Positions 25,286-41,243 of a DNA stretch of 64,000 nt are shown piece after piece. Origin of the DNA: Balanoglossus misakiensis (taxonomy: Eukaryota; Animalia; Hemichordata); contig CM082588.2 of the NCBI GenBank assembly GCA_040954595.2, positions 5,716,202 through 5,780,201 of the forward strand, given 5' to 3'. Below the pieces are notes generated by a model, which saw only the letters and a program-made list of their open reading frames with translations, searched no databases and was not told where the DNA came from. Each line of letters opens with the position of its first letter. Position 1 is the stretch's first letter. The position numbers and the translations under genes are program-made.

Positions 25286-27099
25286 ATAGCAGCGCGGGAG
25301 ATGAGGTAAATCCCAGAACTGGATACCTTGAACTGGGGACTGTCGAATGCTAGTATCAAACGACACTAGTGGCTGAAACTTTTGTGACCGGCGGGAGTTC
25401 AGAGCCAAGCACTTGTGCGGGCGCCCGACACACAATATACATTCGTAATCTCACTAGCAAACTACATGTACATTGTAAGAGTTGCCTATCACTCACTGTA
25501 TATGGGTGAGAAGTGACCTAAATTTGGAAGGCGGAGGGAAAATTATATTATTGCCGTTCTGTCTCCTGTGTTTGGTATATTTTATTCTTCAACTTTTATG
25601 CATTTTCTACTGACTTTTGTACATCATGGTTATTATTTTGTCATTACTAGTAAATTTCGATAAAACAACGTACTACCTTGAATAACAATTGACAGTCATC
25701 ATCAACAAGACATCTGGGATTAGTATATTCATCTCAGAAGACATGTAGTCCAGAAGAAAAATGAATTTAAATGTTATACTAGTAGTTCACGCAATGCCGT
25801 CACAATCTTGGGAAAAACAACATCTCAAATAACAACAATGGTACATGTTTACTCGACTCTAAGGTAACTAAGAGTGAGATATACAAGAAACTATTTTATC
25901 GCACGTTTAATTAATACCACTGCGGTATCCCAAAGGATACGAAAAAATGATTCATTATATCTCGCATTATCTTGATAAACAGTGGAAATGTCAATAGTAG
26001 CAAGAGGATGCAAGGCAGGCTATTTTACACCGAAGTAAATGATACGTCCTTAACAACGAATGCCGTCTGACATAATCTTTCAGCCTCTTGTTAGGATCGT
26101 GTTAATATGTCTCCCGTTACGACTGGCGGATGTATTGAAATAACTCGCATGGGAGAAACATACCCTTAAAACGCGGAAAACGAAACATCTCCGTGTACAT
26201 GTATTATATTACCGCTATGAATCTCTGTCGTAGGCCTACGTGATGAAGATTGTCAAATTTAGCACGAGAATCCAAACAATTATCTCCCACTCTCAGACTT
26301 ATCTTGAGTTTCGTGTCTTAACAAGAGCCATGACCTTTCGCAGATCTTACCGAAGTACAGGAGCGGAAACTCACGTATGTAAACTATCGACTTGTATATC
26401 GATTCTCACTATAGGCCTAATTCTCAATGTAGGAATTATGATGTATCATATTACCATGGCGACTTGTGTGAAAGGAAAGGAAGTGAGAGACAAAGAACTG
26501 TAGGAAATCGATAAGACTTTCTTTCATATCACTATTAATATTATCAAAACTAATATTTTATATAATAGGTAAACATGCCATGAAAAAAATCACTGTTCTG
26601 TCTATACGTTGCTATTTTCCTACACTACTGTAAAATGCTTCCAACGTGGTATGAGCTGTGTCGCGGAAATGCGTTGTTTTAAAGGCCTAATTTTGTAATT
26701 CGTGGTACGTGTATGGCAGATTTTACACAATAAACTACTGTTTGAGATGCGCTGGAAGTTTGGTATTCTATTCGGAGATGAGTTGATTAGGATTGCACCG
26801 ATTATAATGACATTTGTCGTAGACTACTCTCATGAGAGGTTCAACGTTGAAGTTGGTTGATCGAAATAATCTCGGATATACGACAAATTACAAATACACG
26901 TTTACAGGGAAATACCAATTAAAGGGAGACGATCGTCTCATGCGCATGTGCCAAATCAGAGACTCTGGTAACAAAAATTGTACACAGTCAATGCTGTTGG
27001 AGAACATTTGGATTGGACGTAATGTTTGTAGACATGAAATTACGCACATGCGCATAAGACGATCGTTGGCCTTTAAAGTCTTACTCCAGTGGGAAACTT

Positions 27100-28947
27100 T
27101 TATTTCATGGAGTATGTCGAACTTGGGTGTTGCAGCTCAGCGTATGTCACTGACTCTTCTTCTTGCGAATGTGGTTGAGCAGCGGCCCTAGCACGATCTT
27201 CAACTCGACCGAGGTCAAGTTCAGCATACACCAACCCCTCAACATTTCTGTACCTTCTTTCATCATCACTGGTCATCACATCTCGTCGTTCGCTCCATTC
27301 ATTGGCCTCGTTCTCGGACATGAGCCCGTCGTCGTCAACTGGCTTTGCCCTGGGTGTCTTCCGTTTGCAAACAATGGCGTACGTCACATCTACAGAATCC
27401 CCAGCGTTGTCAGAAGTTATTGGAGTTTCTCTAGGCGCGCCGACAGCAGCATATGTTGACAAATGCTCCAATTCAATTCTTTCCCCTCGATGTATGCTCC
27501 GAGGCTCTCCCCTGCCGCCAGCGTCTACTTCACCGCGGCCGCGTTCACCGAGGTCACTCCGTTCGTTTGCGGGTTCGGTTGAACCTTCCTTTTGGCGAGC
27601 TTTTCTGGAGTACATATAGCCAACGACAAGGACGACCACAACAAAGGTTAGAGCAATAGCCAAAGCCACGAGAATATAGATGACATGTTTACTTGTGTTT
27701 CCCGACTGAGGTTCCTCAACATCGGGTCGTTTTGATCCCTCGGCTACCCTGCTTCGAGCTTCGGTGCTGATTGTAGCACTGTAGCCTGACTTAGGTTTTT
27801 CAACATCGGGTCTTTTTGATCCCTCGGCTACCCCACTTTGAGCTTCGGTGCTGATTATAGCACTGTAGCCATACGTGATAGGATCGCTTGTTTTAGGACT
27901 CGCTTCTGCTCCGCTTTCAGTAGAGTGCCTGTTGTGTACCACGATCGGGCCTATGGTACACTCTCGTTCCCGCAATATGGCAGGACCTTTCATAGAGCAC
28001 ACTACAGAAGTACCATTGTCTCTCGCTGTTAAAACCCATTCATCTTCGACGAGTCCTGGCCAAGATTTGCTTAGTGTCCCGTTGATTGTTTTTCCATCCT
28101 TGTACCAGACAAGATAAATTGGCCCATTCCCTCCTTGCGCCAAACAACGTGTTCGAAGTTTTCCACCTTCTCTAAAGGTAGACACGCTCAGTTGCTCACA
28201 TTTTGGATAATTCTCGTCCGGTGGGAAAAGAACATTAACTGTCGTGGTTTCAGATTTTGCAGCAGGTATATGCGACCCATTCATGTGCGCACGGCAATAG
28301 AATTGCCCCGTGGCATTTCTTCTGATATCCATCACTGTTAGATCATACACCCCTGTCTCAACTTGACCACATATTTCTAATTTGCCCAAAGACTTCGAGT
28401 ACTTGGATCCGAAAATTGTACAATTCTTTGAAATTTGTGTGTTATTGTGAAACCAACTCACGTAGAAATGATTTTCGTCAAAGTTTTCCGGTCGACACTC
28501 CAAAGTCATGTCTTCTCCTTCGACAATTACGATTTGTTTGGTTGGCGTTTGTTGAAACCGAGGGTTTGGAATTACATTGAGGTAACCACTTCGTGACCAC
28601 AGATCGTTGTGACCATTATAATTCAGAAAACATCGGTAATAACCTTCGTCAGAAGTGCTCACATTATTCAACTTCAACGTATCGTCCTTAATGGCGGACG
28701 TTGATAATACCACATGTTCCCCGTCGTCCTCTAATATTCTTGCACCTTGTCCAAGGCGAAAAGTATCCCAACGGAAATAGTACTCGGCATTTATCAGACC
28801 ATCGATTGCACAATTAAAGATTGCATCCTGTCCCTCTAGCACAGGTTCTCCGTTCTTTACAAAATGTAATCCTGCAGTGGCACCATTATGCAGGAGCTGA
28901 TTCAATATAATAGGCAACAAATAAAACCAATACCTGCCCGTCTCCAT
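27100..28947 (-). CDS. Ig-superfamily receptor A with uninterrupted CDS (signal peptide, 3 Ig domains, stalk, TM, 4 ITIMs), 615 aa
   Basis: Single ORF. Ig1 C...W...DEGYYRC; Ig2 LECRP...VSWFHN...GQFYC; Ig3 RCLAQGG...LVWYKDG...DNGTSVVC. TM VIYILVALAIALTFVVVVLVVGYMY. Tail contains STYAAV, VTYAIV, LVYAEL, VTYAEL, all fitting the ITIM consensus (S/I/V/L)xYxx(I/V/L). Confidence 0.92.
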   Translation of the reverse strand: METGRYWFYLLPIILNQLLHNGATAGLHFVKNGEPVLEGQDAIFNCAIDGLINAEYYFRWDTFRLGQGARILEDDGEHVVLSTSAIKDDTLKLNNVSTSDEGYYRCFLNYNGHNDLWSRSGYLNVIPNPRFQQTPTKQIVIVEGEDMTLECRPENFDENHFYVSWFHNNTQISKNCTIFGSKYSKSLGKLEICGQVETGVYDLTVMDIRRNATGQFYCRAHMNGSHIPAAKSETTTVNVLFPPDENYPKCEQLSVSTFREGGKLRTRCLAQGGNGPIYLVWYKDGKTINGTLSKSWPGLVEDEWVLTARDNGTSVVCSMKGPAILRERECTIGPIVVHNRHSTESGAEASPKTSDPITYGYSAIISTEAQSGVAEGSKRPDVEKPKSGYSATISTEARSRVAEGSKRPDVEEPQSGNTSKHVIYILVALAIALTFVVVVLVVGYMYSRKARQKEGSTEPANERSDLGERGRGEVDAGGRGEPRSIHRGERIELEHLSTYAAVGAPRETPITSDNAGDSVDVTYAIVCKRKTPRAKPVDDDGLMSENEANEWSERRDVMTSDDERRYRNVEGLVYAELDLGRVEDRARAAAQPHSQEEESVTYAELQHPSSTYSMK

Positions 28948-29255
28948 AACGTTTCAGTCTCCACTGGAGATGTCTGTTCAGTGTAAGGCAGCCTCACAAC
29001 GTTTTCCTTCGAACACCACAGTTAGAATAAGATAAACCCTGGTTCATTAAAACATACATTAACTGAACAAGGAAACAAAACTATAAAATCACAGGAAACA
29101 GATGGGCCATCCTGAAGCATATAGTGACCAAGTTCCCCAACTTCCATCATAACCCCGTTAATTGAATATTTTTATGAACAACAAGGAAGTAATGATGTTA
29201 TGGAAGTTGAGTAATGTCCGAGGTCAATAAATGAACTTTAGGTAACCTGTTAGTA

Positions 29256-29480
29256 TCGTATATCTGGCCAGAAACCTGACATACTTAGAAATGAGGCTTT
29301 GTGCCATATGTAACTCTTGACCCTACTGTTATAAAACAGTAGGAACACTAACTACATTTGCACGAGATTTTTGATATGGGCATTTTCCTCCCCACTCGTG
29401 ACGTCAGCTACCTGCCCTGAGTTTGAATCAAACTCCTGGCAACAGCTAAGAGCCTCTCGCCATGAAACCTTCCGTGGATA
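29256..29480 (-). pseudogene. Relic fragment (part of exon 2 plus adjacent intron) of the neighbouring C-type lectin gene
   Basis: 29256-29480 aligns with 38251-38463, e.g. gatatgggcattttcctc...tgacgtcagcta...gagtttgaatcaaactcctggcaacagct..agagcctctcgccatgaaaccttc. It includes intronic sequence, so it is a DNA-level copy; the splice donor is lost. Confidence 0.9.
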
Positions 29481-29608
29481 TCACTAATATTACCAAAACT
29501 AATATATTACAAACATTGTGTAATAGGTAAACAAACATGACATGAAAATAATATATGTTCTGTTTATATTTTCCTACATTATTGAGACTTGACAGATTAA
29601 TAAGCTTA

Positions 29609-31093
29609 CTAACACACAAGTTCGTATGTCCCATCTTCAGAATCCCCAGCGATGTCAGAAGTTACTGGAGTTTCTCTAGGCGCGTCGACAACAGCATATG
29701 TTGACGAATGCTCCAATTCAATTCTTTCCCCTCGATGTGTGCTCCGATGCTCTCCTCTGCCGCCAGCGTCTACATCACCGCGGCCACGTCCTCCGACTTT
29801 CCCCTGTTCGTTTACGGGTTCACCAGAACTTTTCTTTTGGCGAGCTTTTCTGGAGTACATACAACCAACGACGATGACGACCACAACTAAGATTAAAGCA
29901 ATTGCCAAAGCCACGAGAATATAGATGACATATTTACTAGTGTTTCCTGACTGAGGTTCTTCAACATTGGGTCTTTTTGATCCCTCGGCTACCCCACTTC
30001 GATTTTCGGTGCTGATTGTAGCACTTGTTTTAGGACTCGCTTCTGCTCCGCTTGCAGGAGACTCCCTGTTGTGTACCAAGATCGGGCCTATGGTACACTC
30101 TCGTTCCCGCAATATGGCAGGACCTTTCATAGAGCAGACTACATGTATATAAGTACCATTGTCTCTCGCTGTTAAAACCCATTCATTTTCGACGAGTCCT
30201 GGCAAAGATTTGCTTAGTGTCCCGTTGATTCTTTTTCCATCCTTGTACCAGACAAGATAAATTGGTCCATTCCCTCCTTGGGCCAAACAATGTGTTCGAA
30301 GTTTTCCACCTTCTATATTGGTAGACACACCGAGTTGACATTTTGGATAATTCTCGTCCGGTGGGAAAAGAACATTAACTGTCGTGGTTTCAGATACTGC
30401 AACAGCTCTATGCGGATTTTTACTGTACACACGGCAATAAAATTCCCCCATGGCGTTTCTTTTAATATCCGTCAGTGTAAGATCATACTCAACATGACCA
30501 CATATTTCTAACGTGCCCAACGATTTCGATAATTTGGACTCGACGACTCTACATCTTCGTGAAATTTGTGTTTTATTGTAAAACCAACTCACGTAGAAAC
30601 GATTTTCGTCAAAGTTGTCCGGCCGACATTCAAGAGTGATGGTTTCCCCTTCAACAATTACGATTTGTTTGGGTGGCGTTTGTCGAAACCGCGGCTTTGG
30701 AATTACACTGAGGAGACCACCTCGTGACCCCAAAACCCCGTAATTATCTTCGTACAGAAAACATCGGTAATAACCTTCGTCAGTAGTCGTCACATTATTC
30801 AACTTCAACGTATCGTCCTTAATGGCGGATGTTGATAATACCACATGTTCCCCGTCGTCCTCTAATATTCTTGCAGTTTGGCCAAGGCGAAAAGTGTCCC
30901 AACGGAAATAGTTCTCGGCATTGATCAGACCATCGATTGCACAATCAAAGATTGCATCCTGTCCCTCTTCTACTGTAACATTTGCAGGTTCTCCGTTCTG
31001 TGCAAAATGCACCCTTGCAATGACACTACCATTATGTAGGAACTGAATCATAACAACTGGCAACAAATATAACCAATACCTGTCCATCTCCAT
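29609..31093 (-). CDS. Ig-superfamily receptor B with uninterrupted CDS, paralogue of A with a truncated tail (1 ITIM plus a YxxV), 494 aa
   Basis: Single ORF colinear with 27100-28947: the same three Ig domains and TM. Tail ends ...STYAVV...GTYELVC*. About 310 bp of upstream flank (31094-31411) is near-identical to 28948-29260. Confidence 0.88.
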   Translation of the reverse strand: MEMDRYWLYLLPVVMIQFLHNGSVIARVHFAQNGEPANVTVEEGQDAIFDCAIDGLINAENYFRWDTFRLGQTARILEDDGEHVVLSTSAIKDDTLKLNNVTTTDEGYYRCFLYEDNYGVLGSRGGLLSVIPKPRFRQTPPKQIVIVEGETITLECRPDNFDENRFYVSWFYNKTQISRRCRVVESKLSKSLGTLEICGHVEYDLTLTDIKRNAMGEFYCRVYSKNPHRAVAVSETTTVNVLFPPDENYPKCQLGVSTNIEGGKLRTHCLAQGGNGPIYLVWYKDGKRINGTLSKSLPGLVENEWVLTARDNGTYIHVVCSMKGPAILRERECTIGPILVHNRESPASGAEASPKTSATISTENRSGVAEGSKRPNVEEPQSGNTSKYVIYILVALAIALILVVVVIVVGCMYSRKARQKKSSGEPVNEQGKVGGRGRGDVDAGGRGEHRSTHRGERIELEHSSTYAVVDAPRETPVTSDIAGDSEDGTYELVC

Positions 31094-31797
31094 AGCGTTT
31101 CAGTCTCCACTGGAGATGACTGTTCAGTGTAAGGCAGTCTCACAACGTTTTCCTTCGAACACCACAGTTAGAATAAGATAAACCCTGGTTCATTAAAACA
31201 TACATTAACTGAACAAGGAAACAAAACTATAAAATCACAGGAAACAGATGGGCCATCCTGAAGCATATAGTGACCAAGTTCCCCAACTTCCATCATAACC
31301 CCGTTAATTGAATATTTTTTATGAACAGCAAGGAAATTGTGATGTTTTGAAATAAAGTTAAGTTATTGACGAGGTCTCTTAATAAACTTTAGGTAACCTG
31401 TTAGTATCGTATGGGTATTTGTATTTAAAATTCCCGAAGGCATTCTAGTTGAAAAGAGAGAAGAAAAAATCTCAATATATGGACTATAAGTCGGAAGATT
31501 TACAACTGCTCTGGAGTGCTAAAAATTAAATTTTCTGCATAATGTTTGATACATAATTTGTATACATTTTGTGATCGAAAATCACGAAAGAGATATTATA
31601 TTTCTATGCCGCCGTAATATCCGTAACTTTCGTCTGAGAGATATGCACACATTCCTAAAATATCCACATGCCAGATATGGGACATTTTGAAAATAATCTG
31701 TAAATATTCAATGATTGCTATGTTCGCCTTGGACTGTAGAGTCGCGTATCATATACACTATTTTCTCACATTTTTTGGCACATTAAATCCTAAAACT

Positions 31798-38794
<6,997 letters not shown>

Positions 38795-39468
38795 CCTACC
38801 GAATCGGCTGGACGTTGTGTGTTGGTATCAAGGAATGCGTACGACGAGTTGATTAATACTGGGAAAAAACTTAATGGACCTGTTTCCTAAGGCTTTTCTT
38901 TTGTTCAGCGCTTCTCGAAGTGGCGAATACAAACATGTGGTTTCCGCATTGCTGTATAAGCGGAAACACCATAAAGTACACCTCTATGGAAACAGCTAAC
39001 ATATATTCATAATATTTATATCTATTCCAAACATTAGTGTTTCTACAAGTTTGGTGTAATGTTCCCCCTGGAATATTCCTTATATAGAAATTTGCTATTG
39101 AAACTATACTATAAGCATGCTCAGAGCAGATGCGAGTATTTCAACAATCAAGTGATCGATTAAAATTGATCGGGACAATTGTGCACGAAAGTCCCCCATA
39201 GTAAGTACGTCGCCATTCTATAATAGCGTGATTCAAATTAATCGACTTTACCTACATTGTAGCGTCTATCGTATCAAGATCAGTTTTTATTTAAAAGGGG
39301 CCACGATCTGCCCTCTTTCAAGTTTGACAACGAGTAGTATATTTGGTGAAAGAATATTTGTCCTCTAAGAATTTCTCCTTGGGTAGTGGCTAATTTGCAT
39401 AACAAGGTTAATAAGTGTAATACTGTCAATAAACAATTTATATTGATTGCCCATGGGCGAACTCGGGG

Positions 39469-39566
39469 GTGAGTGAGTGAGTGAGTGAGTGAGTGAGTGA
39501 GTGAGTGAGTGAGTGAGTGAGTGAGTGAGTGAGTGAGTGAGTGAGTGAGTGAGTGAGTGAGTGAGT
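39469..39566. repeat. (GAGT)n microsatellite
   Basis: Direct inspection. Confidence 0.97.
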
Positions 39567-40176
39567 GTGTCTGTGTGTGGGGGAGGGGAGAGGACGAGGC
39601 TAATGCGCCTCATTGCACGTCAAAATGCCTTTGATTATCTGCCACCACAAGCGTACGTAACGTAACAGCTGTCGATATATGATTATCCCAGCCTCCCCAC
39701 GAAACACGTCTCGCTTATCTCTAAACACGATATTCTAAAATGATGACCCAAATCAACCGAATTTATCAGCTCATTATCATCGCTGATAAATACCAGGTTC
39801 GGTTCAATTGTCGAATATCTATTTATATAATTACCGAACTCACTCATTTTTTGATACACATTTAAATTGTCTGAGGTATGGACTGCTAGTATTAACGCAT
39901 TCGGTCGTTCACTGGCTTATTGATCCCATTGCCATCTAGTTGCCACTGTCACCGATTTTGTTGCCACTCTATTCTGCAAACGTTTAAGAAGTGCTTTCAA
40001 GAAATTGGCAAAGTCACATCCATTAAAGATATCTTATTCCCATAGTTAATGTTTACAAAACCAATTTTATTCAATTGACAATTAAATTACATAAGAAGTG
40101 TTCAGAAATCACTAAACACAAAGTTTATAAACTTTCAATAAGTTATTGTTCGTCAGTGTAGATCATGTCTCACTCT

Positions 40177-41243
40177 TCAGTTCAACGCCATGTATGTTCT
40201 GCACATGAAGTAACTGGCGCCGGCACCATCGTGGGTGTAGTGACAATATGCGGCCTGGATTTCCCTTGCAACTTCACCAGGGGTCAGGTAATGGATGCCC
40301 TCTGCCAGTTCCGGGGGACATGTCTGCGGAAATGGGAAGGTAATGGAAACATTGGTTATGGCATGGTCCCTTCATTATCGGTTGAGCGACGTTGGTTTTC
40401 GATTGTCCCGGTGACGGAGGGACAAACGTGTCCCTACACGTATAACTGCAGTGGGCTGTTCTAGCATTAACAAACGGACAGAAACTCTGATATGCAATTG
40501 AGAAAGATCCATCATCCTATATACTTACGATGTCTTTGCAGTCCAGAGTAAACCATTCCTTAGCGCCAGCTTCGGTGAACTTGATTTCGGCGTAACACGA
40601 CAGACAAAAGTCAACAGGGCCGACCACTTGTCCCTAAAGTCGAAAAAAATTGTCCTACTCTTTCAACACATATTGTTGGCAAAATATCGATGAATGTCAG
40701 GAATAAAGACGACTTTCTTTTAAAGTATAATTGTTTAATTAGTACGTGTCCACAGGCGTTGTTATTTTAATAAACCACTGGCTTTAATACACAACTGGAT
40801 GGCTTTAGAACACCAAACTTGGTCCATCTCCATGTTGACTTCCAAACGAAACAATGATTATTTTCTTAAAATGCAATAGACATGGTTAACAAAAGCTGCC
40901 ATCTTACCAGATCGGTACCGGCCAATTTATCAGCTGAAATGTCGTTCCAGAGCCTTGTGTCGGTGTCCTCCATGAGGAAGCCGCTGGTGTGGTACATGTC
41001 GGGGAAGATCGCGGCAGGGGGAACGGGAGGGAGCACCGTGTATCCGTTCAACAGGTCCGGCGGGCACTCGACGTTCATGGTGACCACGGAGTTCGTCACG
41101 TCGCTGGCACCAATCCCCATCTTCTCGTGCCAGTACATGCATGTGTCGTTGCCGATCGCATCCTTGATGTGCGGGATATCGATGAAAGCCTCGGCACACG
41201 CCAGAACTAAGGCGGCGGAGACAAGCGTCAGGAACCCGTTCAT
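40177..41243 (-). CDS. Secreted protein of unknown family, ~195 aa, 3 exons, internal two-fold CPP(D/E)LxxG repeat
   Basis: Exons 41243-40908, 40633-40529, 40323-40177 (all phase 0, GT-AG). Signal MNGFLTLVSAALVLACAEA; exon 2 GQVVGPVDFCLSCYAEIKFTEAGAKEWFTLDCKDI; exon 3 TCPPELAEGIHYLTPGEVAREIQAAYCHYTHDGAGASYFMCRTYMALN*. GC-rich codon usage, TATA-like sequence ~41317-41330 and AATAAA (minus) ~40066-40071. Confidence 0.8.

Noticed and set aside
29016-29040. CACAGTT...AGATAAACC upstream of the Ig genes as a RAG-type recombination signal
   Set aside because: Heptamer and nonamer are imperfect, the spacer is not 12 or 23 nt, and it does not flank an Ig segment.
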